Shown here piece after piece: positions 54,678 to 63,616 of a stretch of DNA of 64,000 nucleotides. The notes under the pieces were generated by a model. The model searched no databases. It was not told where the DNA came from and was given only the letters and a program-made list of their open reading frames with translations. Each line of letters begins with the position of its first letter. Within the stretch, counting starts at the first letter, position 1. Origin of the DNA: Sphaerochaeta sp. UBA6084 (GTDB lineage: Bacteria; Spirochaetota; Spirochaetia; Sphaerochaetales; Sphaerochaetaceae); assembly GCA_002428625.1 (NCBI GenBank), contig DIXI01000011.1, positions 1-64,000 of the forward strand. The letters run 5' to 3'. Both the position numbers and the translations under genes were made by a program.

Positions 54678-56894
54678 CTAGGAGCTCCCTTGACGTTCCT
54701 TTCGGAACGCATTGGGTGTCTGCCCGGTCTTCTTGCGGAACACGGTATAGAAATAGTTCTCATTGTCCAAGCCGACCTTGCTGGCGATCTCCCGTGCGGG
54801 AAGGGATTCCTCCAACAGGAGGCTCTTGGCTTTGTCGATGCGGAGATTGAGCAGGTAGTCGTTCACCGACACTCCTATGCATTCTTTGAAGACCTTGGCT
54901 ACATAAGAAGTAGACATGCTGACAGAATCCGCCAACGATTGCAAGGAGAGGTTCGGATCTGGGTAATCCCGGTTGAGAATCTCCATCATCTGGTCGCTTA
55001 TCCTACCCGCGCGCCTAAGGCGGGAGGCTGTCACCTCATCTTGGAACTCCCCGCATAATCCACTAATATAGTGATCCAGAACCGTACGGTTCTCCAACTG
55101 CTCGATCAACGACTCGAATTCTTCAATCGCCAGGCCCTTGTACTGGGTGAACAAACCTTGTTTTTGCAGCTCGTTTACAGCTAGCTGCAGGGAGATGAAC
55201 AAGCGTTTCATCGCAAACTTGAAGTGGTCGTAGCTTCCGGTTGTCACCTGCATGAAAAAGTCCTCGTACACCGCTATCGCTTCGGTCGCCTTGCCTTGGT
55301 GGAGAAACTGGAGCATGGTTTTTTCCATGTCAGTCGGATACACGTTCACCGAATTCACCCGGAAGGAGTTTTTAACGGGGACAAGGCTCCCGATCTGGTG
55401 GAGAAATGAGAACCGCAGCAGCTCGTCCATCTCCCGTGCCAGCCGGGGAAGTTGACGCACGCTGTCTATCCGACCGCTGGTCACCAGCAGCGTGGCGCCT
55501 TTGTCCCGCAAGTCTTGCAAGAGATTCCGCTCTTCTGCCGCTGGAAGATTCTGGAACAGCAGCAGCGTGCCTGAAGACAGCATGGGAATCGCAATGCAAG
55601 GGCACCCATCGACAAGTCCGCATTCTTGCAGCGGGAAGCCTTTGTACGCGACCATCCGGAAGGCGAGGTCGCTATCGAAGGGAAGATTGTATTCCTTGAA
55701 CATGGTATCCAGATTGGAATCCGGTTCTCCACTACCGAGCAGGAGTTCTTTCAGGGCTTCTTTTTGCAAGGTGAGTTGGTAGGAGATGGATTTTTTCTCA
55801 AGCTGGTCGTTGCGCGTGATCATCTGGTCTATGCTGGCGGAGAGAAAGCCAAGGTCCCCCTGCTCTTGTGGACGTTCCTCTTGGGATTCCGGACGGGAGG
55901 AACCAACCTTGCGGACCAATTGGTTGATGGGTTTGTACAAGCGGCGCGAGAGCGCGAAGGCCAAGGCGATGGCACCGATGATGAAGACCAGCACCAGGAA
56001 GCTTGTGCTGCGGCGCATGGCGGTGATACCTACCATGACTTCATCGTAGGGATACATACGGATGAGGTAGAGGCCATTATCCGAGCTGGTGGAGTAGAAC
56101 ACCAGTTTTCGACCTTCGGGTTCGTTCTGGATGAAATAGCCATGTGGCGTAGTGCTTTGCTTGATCTTGCCAAACAACTCGCTGCCGCTCATATCCTGGA
56201 GGAACCGGGTTTGGTCGGTGTGGTAGGCGATGCGGCCGGAATAATCCACGAACATGATGGTGGATTTGGATTGCTGGTTGTCTCGGAACACCTCTCGCAG
56301 CCAATCGATGGTGATGTTGAACACCAGCGCGCTCTGGCCTGAGGCTTGTCCAACTGGCGCTTCGAAAAAAACAAAGGAATACACCGCTTTCTCACCAGAA
56401 GAATCGTGCAGCAACCGGGGGATGGGAGCCAGCCGCTTGGACTCGGTGCGGATAGCCAGCAAGTCTAGCACCGCTTGGTCGTAGAATACGTCTCGCCGGT
56501 TGGAGTCCAGATTTGAAGTGGCGTACACATAATCCTTACGCGCGTTGTACACATAGATGGAATGGGTGTGCAGGCTCATGCTGCTGATGGAGTCGAGCCG
56601 GCGTATTGCCATGACGACATCAAAATTTGTGATTTCCTCCTGATACATGATCTTTTGGATATTCGGTTCGAAAAAAAGCTCCATGCCCGAGATCCTGATC
56701 ATCTTCTGGAGGTATTCGTTTATCCTGTGGGTCTCCGCCAAAAAGTCCTGGTTGAGATTGTTCACCATGGCGGTGGTGGATTTCTCAAAGGTATTGTAAA
56801 GGAACAAGGAAAGCAGGATCATCGTCGACACGGTGGTGACGATGAAGAAGAGCAGGATTTCTAGGAAATAGTTCTTAAGGAATCGGACCCGCAT
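54678..56894 (-). CDS. membrane-anchored AraC-family transcriptional regulator with a large N-terminal sensor-like region
   Basis: 738 aa. An N-terminal TM ('ILLFFIVTTVSTMILLSLFL'), a second TM near residue 300, and a C-terminal HTH_AraC ('LQSLADSVSMSTSYVAKVFKECIGVSVNDYLLNLRIDKAKSLL'). Confidence 0.7.
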   Translation of the reverse strand: MRVRFLKNYFLEILLFFIVTTVSTMILLSLFLYNTFEKSTTAMVNNLNQDFLAETHRINEYLQKMIRISGMELFFEPNIQKIMYQEEITNFDVVMAIRRLDSISSMSLHTHSIYVYNARKDYVYATSNLDSNRRDVFYDQAVLDLLAIRTESKRLAPIPRLLHDSSGEKAVYSFVFFEAPVGQASGQSALVFNITIDWLREVFRDNQQSKSTIMFVDYSGRIAYHTDQTRFLQDMSGSELFGKIKQSTTPHGYFIQNEPEGRKLVFYSTSSDNGLYLIRMYPYDEVMVGITAMRRSTSFLVLVFIIGAIALAFALSRRLYKPINQLVRKVGSSRPESQEERPQEQGDLGFLSASIDQMITRNDQLEKKSISYQLTLQKEALKELLLGSGEPDSNLDTMFKEYNLPFDSDLAFRMVAYKGFPLQECGLVDGCPCIAIPMLSSGTLLLFQNLPAAEERNLLQDLRDKGATLLVTSGRIDSVRQLPRLAREMDELLRFSFLHQIGSLVPVKNSFRVNSVNVYPTDMEKTMLQFLHQGKATEAIAVYEDFFMQVTTGSYDHFKFAMKRLFISLQLAVNELQKQGLFTQYKGLAIEEFESLIEQLENRTVLDHYISGLCGEFQDEVTASRLRRAGRISDQMMEILNRDYPDPNLSLQSLADSVSMSTSYVAKVFKECIGVSVNDYLLNLRIDKAKSLLLEESLPAREIASKVGLDNENYFYTVFRKKTGQTPNAFRKERQGSS

Positions 56895-56897
56895 CGG

Positions 56898-57260
56898 TCA
56901 CCTGTTTTCCACAAATTGCACCCGTACGCCATCGGGATCGAGCACGTAGAAGAACCCGACATGCTCGTTTGGCCAGAATGGTCCAGACTCGACTATAAGG
57001 CCATGCTGCTTGATGAAAGCCATCTTGGCCTCCAGCGTCCCGGCTTCGAAGCCGAGCGAGATGCCGTTGCCCATGACGCACCCCGACTTGCCGGCGTCGT
57101 GGATAAGCTCCACCTGGGTCTCCCCATCGCCGAGAAAACAGATCTCCACCCCAGGCCGGGAGAGGAACCGCCGTTGCACGGGTAGTCCGACGATATCCTG
57201 ATAGAAGTGGACCGATGCATCCAAGTTGCGCACTTGTAAAGTAGTCCAGCAGAAACGCAT
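56898..57260 (-). CDS. VOC-family protein (glyoxalase I / lactoylglutathione lyase-like)
   Basis: 120 aa. 'LQVRNLDASVHFYQDIVGL...VELIHD...GFFYVLDPDGVRVQFVE' is typical of glyoxalase-fold proteins. Confidence 0.75.
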   Translation of the reverse strand: MRFCWTTLQVRNLDASVHFYQDIVGLPVQRRFLSRPGVEICFLGDGETQVELIHDAGKSGCVMGNGISLGFEAGTLEAKMAFIKQHGLIVESGPFWPNEHVGFFYVLDPDGVRVQFVENR

Positions 57261-57338
57261 GATGTTGCCCTCCTTTTCCTAAGCAAAGAGTATACCATAG
57301 GAAAACGCGGCCCGATAATGAAAAGGAATCAAATTAGT

Positions 57339-57362
57339 GCCAGGCACCAAGCTGATGACGGT
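57339..57362. repeat. copy of the GTGCCAGGCAC-(c/g)AA(g/a)CTGA(t/c)G repeat also found as an inverted pair at 49272-49293 and 49366-49384
   Basis: 'gtgccaggcaccaagctgatgacgg' versus 'gtgccaggcacgaaactgacg'. Intergenic position. Confidence 0.4.
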
Positions 57363-57365
57363 TCT

Positions 57366-58244
57366 TCATCCCTTGACTGTATTCTTTCCCTCTAATTTTG
57401 CCTCATATAACTTTTTATCAGCATTATTAATGAGTTCATCAAGGGTCGATTCATTCCGTAGGCATCCCACTCCGATACTCACGGAAACCTTGATCGTCGT
57501 TGTATCAGAAACAACTATCTCTGCCTTTTCAATGGCAGTCCTGATACGCTCGGCAACCATAAGCGCTGCCTCAAGATTTGTGTGTCCAAGGCCGATTAAA
57601 AATTCATCCCCTCCGTAACGCCCAAGGATATCAGCACCACGCATTTCCCTTCTTGACACAGCAGCTACTTTTGTCAGCACGATATCTCCAGCGCAATGCC
57701 CATGCTCATCGTTCACAAGCTTAAATCCATCGATATCCAACATCAAGATACTAAGGGGCAAGCCGTCTTTGCGAGCTTGATTAAAAACCTCTACTAATAA
57801 TTGGTGTGAATACTGCCGATTATAGGTCTGGCACAGGATATCGTTTTGCGCCATTTCCCTAAGCCGTTGGCCTTCCACTTTTTCCGTGACATCCATGCAG
57901 CTCCCTATGAAGCCAAAGAAAACCTTATCAGTATCGTAAAAAGGAACCCCACGATCATTGATCCATCTATATTGTCCATCGTATCGTTTGAGGCGATAAT
58001 CCATTTCAAAGGGCTGCTTCAACTTGAAATTATCAAGATAGATTTTCACACATCTGTCCAAGTCGTCTGGATGGACACCCGCGGCCCATCCAAATCCATA
58101 TTCCTCTGCCATAGTGTGCCCGGTGAAATCGAGCCAGGTCTTATTGAAATAATCACATTCGGTGCTAAGATTTGATCTCCATATCATATTTGGAGAAGAT
58201 TCGACGATAAGTCGGTACTGTTCTACATCCATACGGTACTTCAT
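57366..58244 (-). CDS. PAS-domain diguanylate cyclase (GGDEF)
   Basis: 292 aa with an N-terminal PAS fold and a GGDEF motif 'RYGGDEFLIG'. Confidence 0.8.
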   Translation of the reverse strand: MKYRMDVEQYRLIVESSPNMIWRSNLSTECDYFNKTWLDFTGHTMAEEYGFGWAAGVHPDDLDRCVKIYLDNFKLKQPFEMDYRLKRYDGQYRWINDRGVPFYDTDKVFFGFIGSCMDVTEKVEGQRLREMAQNDILCQTYNRQYSHQLLVEVFNQARKDGLPLSILMLDIDGFKLVNDEHGHCAGDIVLTKVAAVSRREMRGADILGRYGGDEFLIGLGHTNLEAALMVAERIRTAIEKAEIVVSDTTTIKVSVSIGVGCLRNESTLDELINNADKKLYEAKLEGKNTVKG

Positions 58245-58433
58245 CTCCTTTACTAAGATTGATATGGTGCTTTTTGGTGTACACTTTAAGAAGAACAGGT
58301 AGCCATGTAGTAGACTGTTCTTTGAAGTCTGCCAACAAATAGGTTTTCACATCTGTACGTTGGCATTCTCTACCCATCTTTTCTATAAGTCAATAGAGAC
58401 TCAATGGAGGCTATTTTTAATCTATGGACTTGA

Positions 58434-58495
58434 CACATCCCCATCCAAAATGCACACATCCCCCCCGCGTATGCGATAGTCGCACGCACGAGGGG
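58434..58495. repeat. degenerate copy of the GACCTGGCACC-core dispersed repeat
   Basis: 'gacttgacacatccccatccaaaatgcacacatcccccccgcgtatgc' aligns with 'gacctggcaccgtcccacccaaaatacacacc...' (60363). Its downstream part matches 60471-60498 ('cgcacacatccccggcatatgc'). Confidence 0.45.
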
Positions 58496-58514
58496 AGATG
58501 CTTCGGACGATTGT

Positions 58515-60290
58515 TTAATCCGGAACAGTGTTGTCAACCAAGCGGAAAGTCAGGCGGTTCTTGATGAAGCTGTCCGTGGTAAAGTTTAAAAAGTACTCCA
58601 TATCGAAGGTATCCAGGACTGGGTCGGCTTCCAAGTCCACGAGGGCCTTGAGGTAATCCAGCGGGACAATTCCAACGAAGTACACCTCTCCAGCATCGTC
58701 TATCCTAGTCAGATCCGACAGCATGGAATCGAAGCGTTTATGCTCAAGGTTCCAGTTGCGCGCACTCTCACTCCCAGCGGGGAGAAGGTTTGGATTCGGG
58801 AACAGCTCGATCCGGAACCCGCTATCGGCGGAACCATCGGTCTCGTCCGGGAGGATGTAGTCGCCATGCTCATCCTTGGGGGGGACAAAGGTGAACTGCA
58901 CCGTATCGTCAGTGTTGTTGGCAAACACAATTTGGTTGGGAGTATTGTCCCCAAAATTGAAAAGAGTATAGACAGCGTGATCATCTACTGGGGTATCACC
59001 AACGGTAAGGGTGTATCCATCAAAATGGGTGCCGTTCGTGTAGGTATAGTTGATCATCTGGCTGAGATACTCCACCCCACCGCCAGAGTACTGGATCTCG
59101 ATGGTGAAGATATCACCGACTTCGAACAGATCGGCACTGGATTGGGGTATCTTTACCGAGATGGTGAAGGTGTTGGGATCGTTGAGATTCTCGGGGATAT
59201 TGTAGCCATCGCCTGAGGTGGTTTCCACGAAGTTGCTCCAAGCAATTGAAGCGTTTGTTGGCGTAAAGGTGTCGCCATTCGCGAAGGTATAGGTTGCGAA
59301 TCCACCACCCTCCTGTTTGAACTCCACCGCATCCAAAGCAGCTGCATAGGCGGGCGAACTGGGGAGGAACAACCGGACCGATTCCACACTGGCGAAATCG
59401 GCGGCATCCTGGAAGCGCACCTGGAAATCAATCCGCATATCACGTCGCAGGGCATCTTCAAGGCTTTCTGACGTATACGCTGGATTATCAGTATCATAGG
59501 AATACACCCCTGAGTTTTCCCTAATATCCAACAGGAAGCCTAGGGAGAAATTTACCACCGGCGAGGGGTCGACTGAGAGCGCATCGTCATCGCCATCCGC
59601 GAATTTGTCCCAGTCGTCGGGAATGCCATCACCGTCATCATCCGCATCGATCACCGAAGGTAACCCATCTCCATCAGGGTCGGCCTTGCCACCATCTCCG
59701 ATGGCGGTTGGGAAAGTGAAGGAGCCTTTGCCAAAATCAGATCCGGTGCCGAAGCCAAGTAATTCTCCATCACTCACCCGGGCGGTGACACTGTCATCCA
59801 ACAGGTCGGGGTCGATATCCACGTCAATCTTTCCAGGGTCAATATTGCTTGGGAGCGTGATTGCAGCAAAGATCGTATGGTCCTCTGACAACTTCATGCC
59901 TGTAGTGACATCTGTTGTTGTAGGTACATCACGTGAGATCGATCGTGTATTGTCAGCGAACACCATCACCCCGCGGGCACGGCCAGCTTCATCCACCACG
60001 GCGTACATGCAGGAATTATCCTTTGGGACGTCTATGCTGAACGAGCCATCAGCCCCAACAGCAGTGGCATAGGTGAAACCTGTTACGGTATCGGTGGCTA
60101 TAAGCAGAAAGCCTTCATCCATGACACCTGCGAAGGTCCCGGATAGAGTGACCATTTCCAAAGAACCATCATCGTCGCCACCCGGAGGATTCGCTGGGCA
60201 AGCTACCAACGATAGAATCAGGATAAGAGAAATAATTATTACACTAAACTTACGCAACCTCACAGGGAACCTCCTTGGCAATGTTTTCAT
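58515..60290 (-). CDS. Asp-rich secreted lipoprotein with thrombospondin-type-3-like Ca-binding repeats
   Basis: 591 aa with a signal peptide and lipobox ('LSLVAC'). It contains 'DPDGDGLPSVIDADDDGDGIPDDWDKFADGDDD' and several D-x-D-x-D stretches. Confidence 0.5.
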   Translation of the reverse strand: MKTLPRRFPVRLRKFSVIIISLILILSLVACPANPPGGDDDGSLEMVTLSGTFAGVMDEGFLLIATDTVTGFTYATAVGADGSFSIDVPKDNSCMYAVVDEAGRARGVMVFADNTRSISRDVPTTTDVTTGMKLSEDHTIFAAITLPSNIDPGKIDVDIDPDLLDDSVTARVSDGELLGFGTGSDFGKGSFTFPTAIGDGGKADPDGDGLPSVIDADDDGDGIPDDWDKFADGDDDALSVDPSPVVNFSLGFLLDIRENSGVYSYDTDNPAYTSESLEDALRRDMRIDFQVRFQDAADFASVESVRLFLPSSPAYAAALDAVEFKQEGGGFATYTFANGDTFTPTNASIAWSNFVETTSGDGYNIPENLNDPNTFTISVKIPQSSADLFEVGDIFTIEIQYSGGGVEYLSQMINYTYTNGTHFDGYTLTVGDTPVDDHAVYTLFNFGDNTPNQIVFANNTDDTVQFTFVPPKDEHGDYILPDETDGSADSGFRIELFPNPNLLPAGSESARNWNLEHKRFDSMLSDLTRIDDAGEVYFVGIVPLDYLKALVDLEADPVLDTFDMEYFLNFTTDSFIKNRLTFRLVDNTVPD

Positions 60291-60362
60291 GACTATCTGT
60301 CATATTCATGACAAATATTGTAGTACCGCTCAATTCATAGCGCAAGTGGAATTGGAAATTTC

Positions 60363-60500
60363 AGACCTGGCACCGTCCCACCCAAAATACACACCGACCG
60401 CAATCACAGAGGACTAGGATAGAGGTGTAGCCGAAAATGGAATCGGAAGGTGCCGGGTTTGCTTAGGAAATCGCACACATCCCCGGCATATGCTACAATA
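60363..60500. repeat. GACCTGGCACC-core dispersed repeat, longest copy, in the divergent region between the lipoprotein and yjbQ
   Basis: 'gacctggcaccgtcccacccaaaatacacaccgaccgcaatcacagaggactaggatagag...' It contains an internal inverted match 'ggtgccggg' (60447). Confidence 0.6.
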
Positions 60501-60518
60501 ACTTTTGGAGGAAAGAGG

Positions 60519-60935
60519 ATGAAATCATATAGAAAGGAATTGCATTTCCACCTTGATAGCCGCCGCGGTCTGGTCAACATCACTGGTAAAGTGCAAGCTG
60601 CTGTCAACGAGAGTGGAATTCAGGAGGGCTTGGTGCTAGTGAACGCGATGAACATCACCGCCAGTGTGTTCATCAACGACGATGAACGGGGGCTTCACCA
60701 GGATTATGAGCGCTGGCTGGAAAAGCTGGCTCCAGAAAAACCCTACAGCCAGTACCAGCACAACGGATTCGAGGACAACGCCGACGCACACCTTAAGCGA
60801 ACCATCATGGGTAGGGAAACCGTGGTCGCCGTCAGTAATGGCAAGCTCGATTTCGGTACCTGGGAACAAATCTTCTACTTTGAGTTCGATGGGATGCGGG
60901 ACAAGCGGGTGCTGGTAAAGATTATCGGGGAATGA
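60519..60935 (+). CDS. YjbQ/UPF0047-family protein (secondary thiamine-phosphate synthase-like)
   Basis: 138 aa. RBS 'ggaggaaagagg' precedes the ATG at 60519. The conserved UPF0047 pattern '[36 protein letters not shown]...[18 protein letters not shown]' is present. Confidence 0.8.
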   Translation: MKSYRKELHFHLDSRRGLVNITGKVQAAVNESGIQEGLVLVNAMNITASVFINDDERGLHQDYERWLEKLAPEKPYSQYQHNGFEDNADAHLKRTIMGRETVVAVSNGKLDFGTWEQIFYFEFDGMRDKRVLVKIIGE

Positions 60936-60964
60936 GCGGCAAGAATCTTCATCATCTTTGGGAG

Positions 60965-61303
60965 TACCATTCACTTTACCGTAGGCAGGGGTGGCTTCCT
61001 TGAGCATCTCCTGCCGCAGGATTTTATTTATCCTAGTCTGGTAACCCTTCCCTTTCGATTTGTACCGCTCAAGCACATCGGAATCCAGTTTGATGCTGAT
61101 ACTTTTTTAATGGGAACCACCTTGAAGTGTTCTCTTGGGACAACTTTTCTTAAAGTCGCCAGGTATGCGGGAGTAAGTTCAGGAATATCAGAAAAGTCTA
61201 TTTCCCGATTCCGCAGTTCACCGATCTCCGTGTGGATTTGGTTCCAGGGAGGCGCCAGGTCCGGATAGAAAACCACACATATCCCTGTGGTAGCAGTTTT
61301 CAC
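60965..61303 (-). pseudogene. BrnA-like (DUF4415) antitoxin gene disrupted by a frameshift in an A6 homopolymer and a lost stop codon
   Basis: Frame 1 (GTG start at 61303) encodes '...EIDFSDIPELTPAYLATLRKVVPREHFKVVPIKKVS'. After a -1/+1 shift at the AAAAAA run (+strand TTTTTT, 61110-61115) it continues 'IKLDSDVLERYKSKGKGYQTRINKILRQEM', matching the DUF4415 consensus (...RLDxDVLxWFKxxGKGYQTRINxxLR...). Translation then runs on with no stop into the yjbQ antisense. Confidence 0.45.
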
Positions 61304-61390
61304 CGTAGGAGATATAATGAGAGGTTTGCTGCGAACGTCGATAATTATGAATCAATCGTGTACATGACTGAAATTTTAAAACATATTACT

Positions 61391-61420
61391 TGCATTACGT
61401 GTATTACATGGATTACAATA
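61391..61420 (+). promoter_or_regulatory. triple ATTAC direct-repeat array (cATTACgtgtATTACatggATTACaat) upstream of relB; candidate RHH antitoxin operator
   Basis: Three ATTAC units spaced 9-10 nt apart (about one helical turn) lie 20-50 nt upstream of the relB start. Confidence 0.4.
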
Positions 61421-61441
61421 GATATATACATGGAGGAACAT

Positions 61442-61681
61442 ATGACTGAAACCATATCAGTACGCTTACCTAAAGAACTTGCCGACCGATTGACTGAACT
61501 TGCCAAATGTACTGGAAGAACCAGGACATACTATATTCAAGAAGCTTTACTAGATAAAGTAAGCGATCTGGAAATGATCTATCTTGTACAGAAACGTGAC
61601 GAAGATGTAAGGGCAGGACGCAGCGGGACCTATTCGCTCGAAGAGGTCATAGCTGAAAATGGCTTATCAGATCAAGTTTGA
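61442..61681 (+). CDS. RelB/DinJ/ParD-like ribbon-helix-helix antitoxin
   Basis: About 80 aa. 'TETISVRLPKELADRLTELAKCTGRTRTYYIQEALL' is an RHH motif. The ATG at 61442 has RBS 'ggagg' 5 nt upstream, and the gene overlaps the toxin gene by 23 nt. An alternative start lies at 61430. Confidence 0.7.
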   Translation: MTETISVRLPKELADRLTELAKCTGRTRTYYIQEALLDKVSDLEMIYLVQKRDEDVRAGRSGTYSLEEVIAENGLSDQV

Positions 61682-61940
61682 GAATCAGGCTAGAAAGGAA
61701 TTTGCTACCATAGACAACTCAGTGAAAATTAAAATCTTAAAGTATTTAATGAAGCTTCAGGAGAGAGGTGATCCACGATCTTTAGGTAAGCCACTGAGTG
61801 ACAACCTTGCGGGATATTGGAGGTATAGAGTGGGAGATTTCCGTGTCATCACAAGGATAATTGACACAGAAATGATTATTTTGATACTTGCGGTTCAAAA
61901 AAGGGATATGATCTACCGATTCTTTTCAAAACATTCCTAA
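61659..61940 (+). CDS. RelE/ParE-family type II toxin
   Basis: 93 aa. 'YQIKFENQARKEFATIDNSVKIKILKYLMKL...LAGYWRYRVGDFRVITRIIDTEMIILILAVQKR' fits the RelE/ParE fold consensus. Confidence 0.75.
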   Translation: MAYQIKFENQARKEFATIDNSVKIKILKYLMKLQERGDPRSLGKPLSDNLAGYWRYRVGDFRVITRIIDTEMIILILAVQKRDMIYRFFSKHS

Positions 61941-61943
61941 TTA

Positions 61944-62020
61944 CTGACCTGGCACCTTCGTACACAAAAATGCACACCAAACTCAATCACAGGGGCCTGG
62001 GATTGAGATTATAACTAAAA
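61944..62020. repeat. GACCTGGCACC-core dispersed repeat copy immediately after relE
   Basis: 'gacctggcaccttcgtacacaaaaatgcacaccaaactcaatcacaggggcctgggattgag' is about 80% identical to the 60363 copy over 70 nt. Confidence 0.6.
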
Positions 62021-62053
62021 TGAAAGGTATCAATACCCTAGGATAAGCCAAAA

Positions 62054-63286
62054 TCAGTGGGTGGAGACCTGTCCGGTATCGGTGTCGGTCACCACCCGAT
62101 TTTTCCCTATACCCTTGGCTTGATACATCATCTGATCCGCTTTGATCATCAACTGCTGCGCTGTCATCCCTGGCTCCCACTGCGCGATGCCAATGCTGAG
62201 GGTGAGCTTAGGAATCCTCGTGTCGGCGAGATGCACCTGAGCCACACTCTCCAGAATCCGGAACGAGACAACTTTCGCATAGATCCGGCTCTGGCCGGGA
62301 AGCAGCACCACATACTCATCGCCACCATAGCGGGCTGCAATATCAACTTGCCTGAGATTCTCACGGATTGCCCCAGCAACCGCTTTTAGGGCAAGATCGC
62401 CTACGGGATGGCCTTGGAGATCGTTGATAAGCTTGAAGGAATCAATATCAAGCACACCGAGTGAAAAGGCCTTTTTTGAACTTTCCGCATGCGCAACCGC
62501 CAACTTAAGCTGCTGGTCCATGTGTTGTTTGGTGCCAAGACCGGTGAGATAATCGGTCTTGATGGTTTGGTAACGCAATCTAATCTGAAATACTATGACT
62601 ATGGTGACGAGGACGGCGATCAACAAGAATATGATCAGGATGATGGTGCGGATTCCCGCGGTGGTGCGACCTACGGTGGATGCGGAGTAATCAACCCCGA
62701 CCAGACCGACCACCTCCCCTGTACGTGTATCCATGATAGGAGCATAACCTGTGAGATACTCGCCCCAGTCGGAATAATCCACTAGCTTGGTGATCACGGG
62801 CAAGCCCATCATAAAGACCTGCCGCTCATACTCCGATAGATAATCCTCGGTGCCATTGGGGGCGAACACATCCCCGGCGGGATCCTCGGCATCCAATACA
62901 TACACAATTCCGGTGTCCGAGACCTGTTTTTCCGTATAGAGGAAATCAGCTCCTAATTCGTCCTTAAGATGTCTGAATAGGCTCAGCATCCTCTGGTAAT
63001 AGGCCATCAGAGCAGGCTCGTCGGGGGGAGCCAAGGTGTCGGCTAAAGCGCGGTAGGAGTCCAGGTCCTCCTCGATCAGATGCGCAGTCGTGATAGCCAC
63101 ATTCCGAGCGTCGATTCCCAGTCTATCCACAACCAGATCCATCACACTACGGTTGATGAATATCGCAGGAATCGCGAGGATGACCGCCGAAAATATGAAT
63201 ATGACCGCTACTTGTCCCGCTTTCAAACCATGTATGTTTTTCAAACGATCCAGGCTCCTTCCGAATAATCCCGCTTTATGAAGCAT
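62054..63286 (-). CDS. sensor diguanylate cyclase (periplasmic sensor domain, TM, GGDEF)
   Basis: 410 aa. An N-terminal TM, an extracytoplasmic domain, a second TM ('IILIIFLLIAVLVTIVIVF') and a GGDEF motif 'RYGGDEYVVLLPG'. Confidence 0.8.
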   Translation of the reverse strand: MLHKAGLFGRSLDRLKNIHGLKAGQVAVIFIFSAVILAIPAIFINRSVMDLVVDRLGIDARNVAITTAHLIEEDLDSYRALADTLAPPDEPALMAYYQRMLSLFRHLKDELGADFLYTEKQVSDTGIVYVLDAEDPAGDVFAPNGTEDYLSEYERQVFMMGLPVITKLVDYSDWGEYLTGYAPIMDTRTGEVVGLVGVDYSASTVGRTTAGIRTIILIIFLLIAVLVTIVIVFQIRLRYQTIKTDYLTGLGTKQHMDQQLKLAVAHAESSKKAFSLGVLDIDSFKLINDLQGHPVGDLALKAVAGAIRENLRQVDIAARYGGDEYVVLLPGQSRIYAKVVSFRILESVAQVHLADTRIPKLTLSIGIAQWEPGMTAQQLMIKADQMMYQAKGIGKNRVVTDTDTGQVSTH

Positions 63287-63336
63287 GCGTATTGACCAAC
63301 AACTTTATTACAAATATGAAAAGATTTAAAGTCACG

Positions 63337-63362
63337 AAGAGAGTCTTGAAGAGAGTCTTGGG
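63337..63362 (+). repeat. tandem direct repeat (gaagagagtcttg)x2
   Basis: Two perfect 13-nt units immediately upstream of a GACCTGGCACC repeat copy. Confidence 0.5.
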
Positions 63363-63368
63363 GAGATT

Positions 63369-63477
63369 TTTCTATCGGGACCTGGCACCTTCCCACCCAA
63401 AACACACATCAACCTTAATTTCACATAGCGGCAATGGGGTTTTCAAGAGAAATCCAAGCGGAAAACGCCAGGTCCGT
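63369..63477. repeat. GACCTGGCACC-core dispersed repeat copy bounded by inverted ends (GACCTGGC ... GCCAGGTC)
   Basis: 'tcgggacctggcaccttcccacccaaaacacacatcaacc...aaacgccaggtccg'. The terminal 8-mers are reverse complements. The 15-mer 'tcgggacctggcacc' is identical to 20723-20737. Confidence 0.6.
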
Positions 63478-63616
63478 GTGGTATTTCATACACAAAACCA
63501 TGCGCCAAGTATGCCCGTTCTTATATCAGCCCGGCCTTTAGCATCGATACAATGTCCATATATTGATAGGCTGTTTATATTGCGTATATAATGCGTTAGC
63601 CTAGAGGAGATTTTCA

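Noticed and set aside
60363-63477. Reading the conserved TGGCAC in the GACCTGGCACC repeats as sigma-54 (-24/-12) promoters
   Set aside because: RpoN promoters need TGGCAC-N5-TTGCW. None of the copies has a TTGC element at the -12 position (CACCC, TACAC or CACCC instead).
58245-63616. Interpreting the repeat-flanked gene cassettes as an integron cassette array with attC sites
   Set aside because: There is no integrase gene in the window. The cassette genes are in mixed orientations. The repeats lack the R''/R' GTTRRRY core-site organisation expected of attC.
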